A stretch of DNA of 64,000 bases. Source: Mobula hypostoma. Taxonomy: Eukaryota. The notes beneath the pieces are model-generated. The model was not told the DNA's origin. It searched no databases and was given only the letters and a program-made list of their open reading frames with translations. The stretch covers positions 46,130,001-46,194,000 of the forward strand of contig NC_086097.1 of NCBI RefSeq assembly GCF_963921235.1, given 5' to 3'. Shown here in pieces: positions 1 to 11,793 of this stretch (within the stretch, counting starts at the first letter, position 1; every line of letters begins with the position of its first letter). Made by a program: the position numbers and the translations under genes.

Positions 1-133
1 CCGTGGGATCTGGACCAGCTGAAAAAATGGCAGATTGAATTTAATGCAGAGAAGTGTGAGGTGTTGCAATTTGGGAGGTCCAACCAGGGTAGGTCTTATC
101 TGGTGAGTGGTAGGGCACGGAGGAGTGTGGTAG
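1..133 (+). mobile_element. CR1 LINE RT fragment
   Basis: Reads DLDQLKKWQIEFNAEKCEVLQFGRSN, like the RT thumb of other CR1 copies in the window. Confidence 0.7.
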
Positions 134-243
134 CCTCTTCTGTTAGCCTGAGTATTTCAGCAGCTGGAGTCTGATCCCACAACCCTCTGATACAGAGGCA
201 TCTGGCCTACTGCTGACTCTGGAACTCTTATTTTTATCTGCAG

Positions 244-352
244 AACCAAAGGAGGATTTGTTCTAATTTGCAACAAGATTTCAGAAGCTATTGTGCAGAT
301 CTTGATTGTACAAACCCCTTAAAGCCTCAAGGACACTGCTGTGAGATTTGTG
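244..352 (+). CDS. AMN: Amnionless internal exon (VWC/cysteine-rich domain)
   Basis: ttttatctgcag acceptor, gtaagt donor, 109 nt. Reads NQRRICSNLQQDFRSYCADLDCTNPLKPQGHCCEIC(G), matching the AMN C..C..PxGxCC.xCG pattern. Confidence 0.92.
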
Positions 353-754
353 GTAAGTTTAGGTTCAATTTATATCCATGTCTATTTTATAGATTTTAGA
401 AAACAATTTTACTCATATAGTGTATCAATATCATGAAAATGGAACACTTTGATTCCTGGTCTCCTGTTTTCCTCAATTAGAATAGTGGTAATCCATTGCA
501 GAGTAAAGTTCCTTCTCTCTGACTACGTACAGGGTTTTGCAGAGAGGGACCATCGATCTGAGCATAACTGGGAATAATGTACAAAGTAATAAGAAATTTA
601 ATTGGATTAGAACTTTAATGCAAATATATTTATCATTTGTCTTTCCAGCAATATAACCTAGAACACCCAAATAAATATGAATCATATTTGTATAGCTTAT
701 GTACTAATGGTAACCACAAGGATAGATAACGGCCTATCCAAACATCCTGTCTCT

Positions 755-1325
755 CATAAACTCAAACGATTCTGCAGATGCTGGAAACACACATAAAATA
801 CTGAAGGAATTCGGCAAATCAGGCAGTATCCACAGATGGGAATAAACAGTTGATATTTTGGACAGAAAACCTTCATCAGAATGAAAAGGAAGGAGGAAGA
901 AGACAGAGCTAGAAGATGGAGGAGGGGAGGGGAAGGAGTACCAACTGGCACATGATAGGTGGAAGAGAAGGAGAGGAGAGGGCATCGGACCACGGAAGAA
1001 AGGCAAGGAGGAGGGGCACCAGAGAAAGATGAAGGGCAGCTGAAGAGAAGCAAAGAGGTGTGAGAGTAATGATAATAGATAATGGAAAAAGGCAGGGAGG
1101 GTTATGGAATTACCAGAAGTTATATAAATTAATATTTATGCCATCAGGTTGGAGTCTACTCAGCCGGAATATAAGATGTTCCTCCTCCAGTCTGAGTTTG
1201 GCCTCATCATAGCACTAGAGGAGCACATGGAAATGCATGTCAGATTGGGAATGAGAAATTGAATTGAAATGGTTAGCCACTGGGACTTCCTGCTTTTTGC
1301 TGCAGATAGAGGAAAGGTGCTCTCC
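755..1325 (-). mobile_element. Degraded Penelope-like element 3' fragment
   Basis: Similar to 10054-10666 (ttctgcagatgctgg tail, gccatcaggttgga...gaatataag). Confidence 0.7.
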
Positions 1326-2082
1326 TGTCTCTTGCTCGTGATAGCATGAGTATCACAACTTGCGGATTCACCACTCTTCCAAAATTATATGGTCTGCAGG
1401 GGAGGGGGAAACGAAAAGGAAAGAAAACAAATCCAAGTCAAATTTAAAGGATTAAGTGTGTGTTGTGGAGGAATGGAAATTAATGGATTCTTCTTCAACC
1501 AACCAGAAGATTAAAATTAACCTACTCTCTCATCTGACTTGTTGCTTTGTGGATGACCATAACTAGTTCTATTGTCTTCCATATACATTTAAAACGTGTT
1601 CTCCTGTTAGCCTAAAGAAATGCATGTCTACTCGTGCACTTAGTAAATGCATCACTAGACACCTGAGTTATGCATGAATCAAGCACGGATGATGATCATG
1701 GCAAAGCAAGCAAAATAAAATATTTTTCCTGGGTCTTTCAAGGCTACAAGATGTCTCAAGGTACTTCACAGCTAGTTGAGTACTTCTGAAATTGAAACAT
1801 TGGGGACAGCACTCATTCCATGTAGCAAGGCTAGAAAGAGAAAAGGAGACAAGTGACCAGACCACTTACTTTATTTACATTGACTGAGGGATAAGTGTTG
1901 CCAAATACATTAGAATGCCTCTGCATTCAGAGATTGGTAGGTTGCACGTTACGTTGACAGAATAAGGTCTTCATCTATTGGCAAGAAGATCCAAGGCAGC
2001 TGGATTCCAAACAATGGCAAACACATACACTCTGCCACCTGCTGGACCTGATAAGGAGGCCGCTGAATGCATGTTCAATGGG

Positions 2083-2570
2083 CTTCTGCTGCTGTAGGCC
2101 ATCCACTTCAAGGTTTGATGTGTTGTGCATTCAGAGTGGCTCTCTGTTTGTAACACAGGGTCATCTGAGTTATTGCCATCTTCCTGTCAGCTTGACTAGC
2201 CTGGCCATTCTCCTCTGACCTCTCTCATTAACAAGACATTTTTGCCCGTAGAACTGCTACTCACTGGATGCTCTTTGTTTTTCCACCATTCTCTAAAAAT
2301 TCTAGTCCAGCTCTAGGGACTGTTGTGTGTGGAAATCCCAGGAGACCAGCAGTTTCTGAGATACTCAAAACCATCCCTTCTTGCACCAACAATCATTCCA
2401 TGGTCAAAATCACTTGGATCATATTTCTTCCCCATTCTGATGTTTGGTTCAAACAACAGCTGAGCTACTTGAGCATGTTTACATCCTTCTATGCAATGAG
2501 GTGCTCAGCTGATTAGGTAGTTGCCTCAGCAATCAGGTGTGCAGGAGTTTCTGGACTGTGAGTATGTGGG
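2083..2570 (-). mobile_element. Tc1/mariner transposase 5' fragment (degraded)
   Basis: Minus strand reads MGKKYDPSDFDHGMIVGARR, then after a frameshift SISETAGLLGFPHTTV, the N-terminal HTH region of fish Tc1-like transposases. Confidence 0.75.
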
Positions 2571-3116
2571 CACGTAACACCCGCTTTCAAATTCCCTAAA
2601 TGGAAGCAGTCTTTTTAAATATCAAAACTATAAATTTCATAATATATACCTGGCACTAATTACATTTTACATATATAATGAACAAAATTACAATACATTA
2701 ACGCAGCTCATGTTTTCTCCATGAACAGTGCACTCATTTAGTGTTTGAGAGGCTATTACACAGGAACCAAACCGTGGTTCTTTCCCCCAAAGACTCTCAT
2801 TTGCTCATTTACTTTGAAGCAGTAAGAGAGCCAATATTTGATAGAAATTCAGTATGGGAGCCAATATTTGATAAAAGTTCAATGTAGCCAGTCTCATAAG
2901 GAGCTGTTGAGGAACTAATCAAACACTGTGACGTATACCTATAAACTAGTGGAGAAGCTGACAGGTAATCACAAGAACCCAAGACATTCTATATCATCCA
3001 TGCAAAATGCCTTGTAAATGACTAAAATGTATTACTATAAAATAATATTATTACATTATAGCTGTGGCTTTTTTTTAATGGAAGAATGAAAAATAATGCT
3101 GTTGCATTGAATGTAG

Positions 3117-3199
3117 GTGCCATTATTTACTTACAATATGATGATCGGTTTGATCTGGAATTATACAGAACACAACTCATCAATTCGTTCCTTGGCTTG
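3117..3199 (+). CDS. AMN: Amnionless internal exon
   Basis: tgtag acceptor, gtatgt donor, 83 nt, phase-consistent with neighbours. Reads (G)AIIYLQYDDRFDLELYRTQLINSFLGL, resembling human [27 protein letters not shown]. Confidence 0.92.
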
Positions 3200-4247
3200 G
3201 TATGTTGTCTCCAAAACTCAGTGTGTTCCTGTCTTTAACAAAATTATTACCAACCAAATATTATATGCAATGTTCAGCTCTTTTGTCCTTCTGTGTTTGA
3301 CTTCATATAGTGACTTGTATATTAATTACTATTTTGTTGTATAATCTTCATTCAGTTTGCTTTAATATTTTAAAAAGGCAATTTTCCATCAGGCAGTTAG
3401 TGAATCCCGACTCCTCCTTGCTTACACTTAACGCTTTCGCGCTGCATCTCCTGAGGCAGGATTCCCTGGACATAATGGTAACATTTGCTGGGTCTTTTCA
3501 TTAACCATGTGAGAGTATAGTGTGATTCTGTCCTCACTCATTGTACAACGTGAAACAGTATAACTAGCAGAAACGGAAATTGCAACAGATTTCTCCTTCA
3601 TAGTTTACTCTTAGCTTTTCCAGTAATGCTCTTAACTGAGCTAATCTGAAAAGATTCTAATGCAATGCAAACCATCAGATCTGATATTCTTTTCATTGCC
3701 GTTCAATACCATGTCAGGCAATGGAATCTGCCCAATGGAATATGATGTTTATTCAAATTTTTTCCTCTAATATCCTCTAATTCTCATCCTCTTTACTTTA
3801 AAGACTTCATCTGGTCATAGTCACCAGAGTTAAGGAGGAAATGTTTCCTGTCCATGTCCCTCAGAATTCATATAGCTCGGTCAGGTCCCATTCCACCCCT
3901 GCACTTCCCTGGGCTCAGCCTCTGCTCCAAGAAAAAACAAATGCAGCCTCCCCAGTCCTCATAAATGAAACACTCCAATCAAGGCAACATCCTGGTGAAT
4001 CTCTTCTGCATTCTCACCAGCGCAATCATATCATTCAAATTGTGTGACAACCAAAACTGCATATAATACTCCAATTGAGGCATAACAAAAGTTTTATAAT
4101 TTATCTACTCTTGCTTTCATTAGCTGTGACATACTTAATCGCCTTATTTACCAGTGCTATTGGCTACAGTGATCCTTGGGCATCTACATGAATATCCCTC
4201 CTTTCCTCGGCACTTTCTAAGTTATTACTAATCATTTTGTATATCCT

Positions 4248-4480
4248 AACAACACACACAAAATGATGCAGGAACTCAGCAGGCCAGTCAGCATTTATGG
4301 GAAAAAGTAAACAGTTGATGTTTTGGCCCGAGACCCTTCCTCAGATCCTGATGAAGGGTCTCGGCCCGAAACTTCAACTGTTTACTCTTTTCCATAGATG
4401 CTGCCTGGCCTGCTGATTTCCTCCAGCATTTTGTGTGTGTTGCTTGGATTTCCAACATCTGCAGATTTTCTTGTGTTTGT
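4248..4480. repeat. Short palindromic Penelope-derived repeat with hammerhead core
   Basis: Arms ~4250-4343 and ~4348-4442 are inverted copies of each other; CTGATGA at 4348 and GAAAC at 4368. Related copies lie near 6663-6870, 24730-24820, 28125-28250, 39435-39545, 50198-50380 and 54265-54375. Confidence 0.75.
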
Positions 4481-4632
4481 ATATCCCAACCTTATCAATC
4501 CTCCCAAAATATTATCTTTGCTAATCTTTTACTCTGTATTTAATTTAATAACCTTCCTGCAAAGCAGTGTGAAAGACTTGGCAGATCAAAGACAGTAATA
4601 CAAAACAAATGTGTTGCTTTTCGTTTTCTTAG

Positions 4633-4813
4633 GGTGACAACAAAGGTGTGCAGATGTCCATGACAAAAGTTTACAAAGAACATTTTTCCAAGCAAACTAT
4701 CCCCAGTGATGCAATTCCCCATATCCAGATCGTTTTAATTGACAATGCGACCAATACAGGAACACTTGCCATTCGATTGGCACAGGAGATCATGACAGAC
4801 ATCACTTCTCAAG
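4633..4813 (+). CDS. AMN: Amnionless internal exon (SEA-like region)
   Basis: ttttcttag acceptor, gtactt donor, 181 nt. Reads GDNKGVQMSMTKV...IQIVLIDNATNTGTLAIRLAQEIMTDITSQ(G), resembling GLQVAVSKV...IQVVLVEN...GRLARALLADV. Confidence 0.9.
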
Positions 4814-6913
4814 GTACTTATCATTATGCTGATACATGCTAAAATATTGTGCATCTTGGCAATGCATTGCATGTTTCATTGCTATATTCTAAGGAAGTGA
4901 AAGTTATGATTGGCTGTCTATGATACGAACTGGACGGTTGTATAATTTCTTTCTTTCTCTGAAGACTGCAATTCAAAGTAAAGGCTCAATGTGAATCATA
5001 TCTGTATTTCACAGTAATACATATAGAACGATAGTCTTACTTCAGTTAGCTTCCCTGAAAATGTGCAACAATAAGAACTGGAATGCACCACGCATGAATG
5101 GATTGTGTCACCTAGTTTAAAGATGACGAGGAAGAGGTATAGTCTAGTTTGAAGGTAGTCTCATTAACCTAAGTGGAACGTGGGTGGAAAAAGATTGTTT
5201 TTCTCTGGCCTCAAAAACACTGAGACAATGCACCTACACTGTGGCAGTGACCTGGAAGGTGGTAGATGGAGATCGATCACAGAAAGCAATGCAGAGGTAA
5301 TCTGGATAATTTCTGTGGTACCTGGAGCAGTACTGTTGATAATACCAGCACTATGAAATTACCCAGAAATCTAGCTTTAGGCTACTAATTAATTTTGACC
5401 GCTAAGGTTCCAGTGCACAGGTTTGTTCTTCTGGCTGGATAAAGTTGAAGTTTAGATGTGCTGCATCTCATTGAATGGAGGAAGAGAGTCATATTGATGA
5501 CTGTCAAAAAAGGAAAAGCAATAAAATCACTAGGAAAAGGACAGGAATTTCTTCCTAAAATATTTGGGACAATGCCTATATTTCTCTTTGAGCAAGTAGC
5601 CACAAAGTTTTCCTATGTTGACTTGTAAATATCTTACTGTATTTCTTTCAAAGATACCCCTGATCTCCTTTTATCCAAGCCTGGCTATCTTCACAGTTTC
5701 ATGGCTTCACTAAAATCTTTCAGCCATCCTGTGACTAGGTCTCTGGCATATCTCCAACTGTTCATAGCCACGAAAGAGATCCAGGAGCTTCCAATTCAAT
5801 GAGGCTAAGCCAGTCCTACAATCTGCTGTTTATTCACTTGCGGCTTTGTTACATTATTAATAACTTATGACTTTCAGTATTCAACATGGTGTTTATCATA
5901 TAAAAAATTTAGAATCATAGAGTGGTACAGCACAAAACAGACCCTTCAGCCCAACTTGACCATGATGACCAAGGTGTGGACCTGAGCTGGGCCTGTTTGG
6001 CTGAATTCGGCCCATATCACTGTAAATCAGGGGCTCCCAACCTTTTTTTTTTGCCATGGAACCCTTACGTTAACTGGTCTGGGAACCCAGGCTCCAAATC
6101 CTTCCATTCCATGGACTTACTAACTGTCCTTAAAAAATTTTAATTGTACCTGCCTCTACCTCTTCCTCTGGCAGACATTCCATATCGCCTTCACCCTTTG
6201 TGTGGGGAAAAGAATTGTCTATCAGTTCAATTTAAATCCTTCCTCTCTCATGTTAGATCTGTACCCTCTAGTTTTACATTCCCCTACTTTGGAAAAAGAC
6301 TACCTTGTCTATACCTCTCATGACTTTAGGTCACCCTCATCTTCCTTGGCTCCAGGAAAACAGCCCTAACCTATCTGGTCTCTCATTAAAACTCAAGCCC
6401 TCCTGGTTCAGTAACATCCCTGTGAGTCTTTTTACATCATTTCCACCTTTGCTGATCAGAACTCCAATTGCAATCTCAACCAACATATTGTAAAGCTGTA
6501 ACATGTGGAAGGACTATAAAACTCTTGAACTGAACCATTCCAGTGTTTTATCTTTAAGCGAATTTACAATTCACAGTTGTTCAATTTTTCTTTGGTTAAA
6601 TTATCAACCATTTTAAAAGAAATTAATACAGACTTCTATTTAAAATAGTGACCTGACTAATGTAAACACAAGAGATTCTGCAGATGCCGGAAATCTTGAA
6701 CAACACATTCAAAATTCTTGACAAACTCAGTAAGTCCGGCAGCATCTGTGGAGGGGAATAAACAGTCAGCGTTTCAGGCCCAGACCCCCTGGCCCAATAC
6801 ATTGACTGTTTGTTTCCCTCTATTGAAACGGGCCGACTTGCTGAGTTCCTCCAGTATTTAGTGTGAGCTGCACCAATGACCTGACAGCCTGGGCCTGTTC
6901 TGTTTTACTGCAG

Positions 6914-7079
6914 GTAATGCATTTGGGATTGTGAGCGCTGAGCTCAAAATAAACACCAACATTGAAGAACAAGACGGAAGAAACAGCGCTAGAAAAATCA
7001 CAGGCATTGTGGTTGGTGTTCTTGTTGCTGCCTCGTTAGCTGGAAGCCTGACGTTCTTCATCATTTCAGGAAGAATCAG
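6914..7079 (+). CDS. AMN: Amnionless exon encoding the transmembrane helix
   Basis: ttttactgcag acceptor, gtaaat donor, 166 nt, phase 1 to phase 2. Contains the hydrophobic stretch ITGIVVGVLVAASLAGSLTFFII. Confidence 0.9.
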
Positions 7080-9810
7080 GTAAATGTACATACACACTTA
7101 CAAAATGGATGCGCTTTATTTTGCAGCTCAACTTGAAACCAGGACAATTGTCTAGTCTTGTCCTTGCGGTCATAACCAGACTGCATATTTTAAAAACTTG
7201 ATTCTCTCCTTGTATCTTCTCCCCACTGCTTTGGTTCTCTGTGCACACCCCTCCCCCCACCCCAGTCTTTGAACCATCCACTGATGATAACAGTTTATCT
7301 CTAACCTGTGCTACTTATACGGTCCAGAGAGTCTTTAGTCACATTTCCTTTTGGTATCCTAGATCCAAAGAGAATGACTCAGCTTCTCCAGTCTAACCGT
7401 GCAGATGTAAAACCTTACTCTCGGAGCCACTGTAGAAACTTCACATTTCTCCTGATGAGTGCTGACCAGAAATGGGTACAATGGTCCACTTGAGGCCAAA
7501 CCTATCTTTTTATGAATGTGCCCAGGTTTCTGCACCGCCATTAGCAGTGTATCACTTCCTATAGGAAAATTCCATTCTCTGCCTCCCTACCCTTGCGGCT
7601 AGCCTCTCCATGTTGGCTTGCCGCCGTGCTGGTTCCATCTGCACATTTTGAACATTAATCTACATATCCGTATGCAAGTCATGAATGAACACCAGGAAAG
7701 GCCCAAACCTGAACAGTCTATCATGCAATCTACCTTGAAGTCTGAACAGCAGCCTCTCACCACGCTTTCTACTGTCCTGATATTTCCTCCATGCTGCCAT
7801 TGCTATTCCACAGGACTCCAGTTCCATCCAGGTGACATTTTCTTCACCGTCATTGTCTGGTATCAGATGGGGAGAAAACAATTAGGTTAGCCAAACATGT
7901 GGCTTTGACAAATCTGTGCTGGCTTTCCTTTTTTTTAACATTTACCAGCCTGTATGCCTTTTACATTTTCCGCTGATTATTGTTAAATGTTTTTGACAAT
8001 CTTGGTAAACAGACTGTACTTCAAGATCTTTGCCATTCCCTAGTCTTTATGTACTTCCCAGTATCAAGGAGAAATGAAAAAGTTATGATAAGCCCTCCTC
8101 TCTTTTTTTAAAACTGTCCTTCTCATCTCAATTCTTCTCTCGATTGTTACACAGCTATTTGCTTTTTCCCATGTCCATGTGACTCAGGGACTTCAGTCAC
8201 CATCTTTTCACCCTTGTGGAAATGCCCCATCTTTTACCTAAAATATCGCATTTCCATCCCCTGTTACTGTTTTATCTGTCATTTTTTGGTTTCATCTTTA
8301 CTTGGGTGGATCCCATCTCATTCCTTTGAAGTCAGGCCTCCTCCAACTAACAAGGTCTACTTTACTCCTCTTTGCCCCACCATAATACCAATCCAAATCT
8401 TGTGATGCACTCATCACTGGTCTTGGGTCCAGTTGGCACAACTCATTCCCCAGCACCAGATTCCCACAATGTCGCCTCCTTTGTTGGGTTAAGAATAAAC
8501 CGGTCAAGGAGGATATTCTGATCACATTTCAGAAATTTATCTTGCTTGTTGCCTTTTGCATTACTATTCCAATGAACACCCAGGGGAATGAAGTTCTACA
8601 GTTGCCTCACATCTCTGTAATTTCCCTCCAGATTTCCTCCCGTCCCTCCCTCTCCAAAGAAAGCTTCAAGCTATGTAATAGCTCCCTTCTTCCTTCTTAA
8701 TTCTATCATTCTGTTTTGTTGGCTTGCCCAAAAATGTGGGTTCAATTCCCTGATCTTTTGAGCTAGATTAGCAATTCAGCCCAGACTGTCGCTGTTACCA
8801 AACTTAACACCAAGGACAGTAAAGTATGGAATAATTCCAACATTGTTCGACTGTGTGTTTTGATAATGATTTGTTTTAGGAACAATCACTAGGATTCTTA
8901 GTGTTTCTGCCTTTTTGTGAAGTGGTTTTATTTAGAAACTGTACAAAATCAAAACAGAACGTATTTCAATCAGAAGAGGAAATAGAAACACTTGGGGCTT
9001 GCATGTAAGTGTACCTTTCTCTGTTATTAAATGTGCAGTTTTTTGTGGTTTACAGTATAAATCCTGTTTGCTGTTTATAATGTCATTTTATATCTTCTTT
9101 AAAAGATACCAGTTTTACATTAAAATGTTTTGAAAGCTGCTAATCAGTAAGGAAATGCGATGTTTTAGACAAAAGCTGGGGAATTTCCACAAGGATTTCC
9201 ACAAGTCCAGGATAGATACTTAGAAACCAAATCAGTATTTGGTAAAATTTTAATCTGGTGACAGTCAGTCACTCCTCCCACAAAGGTCATTCATGTCCCT
9301 TTTTAGTGATTTGTTTAATACTAAACCACAATCTTTGAATTGCAAAGCTGAGAAGCAGAGGGAAAATTCTTCTTTTGTTATTATTGCATATATGGTAGAC
9401 TGTAGCTCTTAATCATCTCCTTTGAAGAGTTTTGCTTTCCACTTGGACACTGATAGTTCTTCTGTATTGCAGTCATTTCTCAGCAGCCGATCCTTATTGG
9501 ATCCAAATATAGCAATCGGTTTCCGTCTGCAATGAGCAGGCACAAAGTGCAAAGCAGCCATTCTAGCCACAGAATATCCCTGTGATTTCACCACTGGAGG
9601 GATTGCATGACCTCCAGAGTATGACTCTTTCCGGCCTCAGAAATGTCTGGTGTATTTGAAAAAGAACATTAAAAATCAAAATTTCCTAGTAGTTGCTAGG
9701 AGTCATGTCAATCGCATTGACTGGAAACTAGTAGTACAAAAAACAGAGTTTATGGCATGTGATACCTGTAAGAAATGAGTAATAATTTCTTTTTGCAAAT
9801 GATTTTACAG

Positions 9811-9913
9811 AGTCAAAAGTCCATCGGCTCTCATCAATTTCAAGAATAGTTTTAGGTGTGCTGCTGCAGAAACTGTTGATAAGGGATTCAGCAATCCAGT
9901 GTATGATCCACAA
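9811..9913 (+). CDS. AMN: Amnionless cytoplasmic exon with endocytic motif FSNPVY
   Basis: gattttacag acceptor, gtaagt donor, 103 nt, phase 2 to phase 0. Reads VKSPSALINFKNSFRCAAAETVDKGFSNPVYDPQ; compare human GFRNPVFD. Confidence 0.88.
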
Positions 9914-10149
9914 GTAAGTGCTAAACCTACTCCTTCCCTTTACAGATCAGGAAATAATGAAGGGCTTTTCTTTAATCATGTCCCACACATTAAAAACATG
10001 AATCTATATGAGTAGGTGCCAGTTTATTTATGGTCAGTCTTTATTTCTTCCAAACAACAGGAATTCTGCAGATGCTGGAAATTCAAGCAACACACATCAA
10101 AGTTGCTGGTGAATGCAGCAGGCCAAGCAGCATCTGTAGGAAGAGGTGC

Positions 10150-10185
10150 AGTCGACGTTTCAGGCCGAGACCCTTCGTCAGGACT
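10150..10185 (-). ncRNA. Minimal type I hammerhead ribozyme motif (inverted copy)
   Basis: Reverse complement of 11356-11391 with the same intact core. Confidence 0.78.
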
Positions 10186-11355
10186 AACTGAAGGAAGAGT
10201 GAGTAAGGGATTTGAAAGTGGGAGGGGGAGGGGGAGATCCAAAATGATAGGAGAAGACAGGAGGGGGAGGAATGGAGCCAAGAGCTGGACAGGTGATAGG
10301 CAAAAGGGGGTACGAGAGGATCATGGGACAGGAGGTCCGGGAAGAAAGACAAGGGGGGGGGCCAGAGGATGGGAAAGAGGTATATTCAGAGGGACAGAGG
10401 GAGAAAAAGGAGAGTGAGAGAAAGAATGTGTGCATAAAAATATGTAACAGATGGGGTACGAGGGGGAGGTGGGGCCTTAGCGGAAGTTAGAGAAGTCGAT
10501 GTTCATGCCATCAGGTTGGATGCTACCCAGACGGAATATAAGGTGTTGTTCCTCCAACCTGAGTGTGGCTTCATCTTTACAGTAGAGGAGGCCGTGGATA
10601 GACATGTCAGAATGGGAATGGGATGTGGAATTAAAATGTGTGGCCACTGGGAGATCCTGCTTTCTCAACAAGTGCTACACATGCCCTTACACTTCCTCCC
10701 TTACCACCATTCAGGGCCCCAAACAGTCCTTCCAGGTGAGGCAACACTTCACCTGTGAGTCGACTGGGGTGATATACTGTGTCCGGTGCTCCCGATGTGG
10801 CCTTTTATATATTGGCGAAACCCGACGCAGACTGGGAGACCGCTTTACTGAACATCTACGCTCTGTCCGCCAGAGAAAGCAGGATCTCCCAGTGGCCACA
10901 CATTTTAATTCCACATCCCATTCCCATTCTGACATGTCTATCCACGGCCTCCTCTACTGTAAAGATGAAGCCACACTCAGGTTGGAGGAACAACACCTTA
11001 TATTCCGTATGGGTAGCCTCCAACCTGATGGCATGAACATCGACTTCTCTAACTTCCGCTAAGGCCCCACCTCCCCCTCGTACCCCATCTGTTACTTATT
11101 TTTATGCACACATTCTTTCTCTCACTCTCCTTTTTCTCCCTCTGTCCCTCTGAATATACCTCTTGCCCATCCTCTGGGTCCCCCCCCCTTGTCTTTCTTC
11201 CTGGACCTCCTGTCCCATGATCCTCTCGTATCCCCTTTTGCCTATCACCTGTCCAGCTCTTGGCTCTATCCCTCCCCCTCCTGTCTTCTCCTATCATTTT
11301 GGATCTCCCCCTCCCCCTCCAACTTTCAAATCCCTTACTCACTCTTCCTTCAGTT

Positions 11356-11391
11356 AGTCCTGACGAAGGGTCTCGGCCTGAAACGTCGACT
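11356..11391 (+). ncRNA. Minimal type I hammerhead ribozyme motif
   Basis: agtc-CTGACGA-agg(gtctcgg)cct-GAAAC-GTC-gact: stem I agtc/gact, stem II agg/cct, palindromic ACGT stem III, intact core. Confidence 0.8.
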
Positions 11392-11793
11392 GCACCTCTT
11401 CCTACAGATGCTGCTTGGCCTGCTGCGTTCACCAGTAACTTTGATGTGTGTTGCTTTATTTCTTCCAAGATGCTTTTTAGTTACTGTTCTCTAATTCCGA
11501 CATCCATCGATGAGATTGGAGCACTTTCCCTCTAGGCATTTTAACGTGCTAGGCCTAGTCTGATGCCAGGGCTGGTGGCCTACCAGACAGGAGCAGAGGA
11601 CAATATTGTCCATGGTTGGCAGGTTACTGCATCAGGGTGGGATATCCAGAAAGTGAATGTAGTTTGGGGAAGGGGTTGGAAAAGGCCTAGGTTTCTTTGT
11701 GGAGATAGTGAGCCATCCTGTTGTTCTTCTCACCTACCCACCTCTCCCTTTCCCAGGGAAATAGTTTTCTAAAGCCTCATACCTTCCACCTCA

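Larger units (their letters stand above)
10054..11453 (+). mobile_element. Young 5'-truncated Penelope-like element (GIY-YIG end) with inverted pLTR and 15-bp TSD
   Basis: ORF 10604..11062 contains VIYCVRCSRCGLLYIGETRRRLGDRFTEH. 10087-10666 is the reverse complement of 10873-11454. TSD ctttatttcttccaa at 10039-10053 and 11454-11468. Confidence 0.9.

Noticed and set aside
7250..7300. PVFE motif as the AMN cytoplasmic exon
   Set aside because: It lacks the NP of the motif and clear splice sites; the exon at 9811-9913 fits phase and motif.
10016..10490. Several 70-140 aa ORFs on both strands, mirrored at 11049-11535
   Set aside because: They come from the purine/pyrimidine-skewed Penelope 3' region and its inverted copy.
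10604..11062. 152-aa ORF as a standalone GIY-YIG nuclease gene
   Set aside because: Its start lies in the inverted arm and crosses the inversion junction at 10666/10667; it is a truncated element, not a gene.
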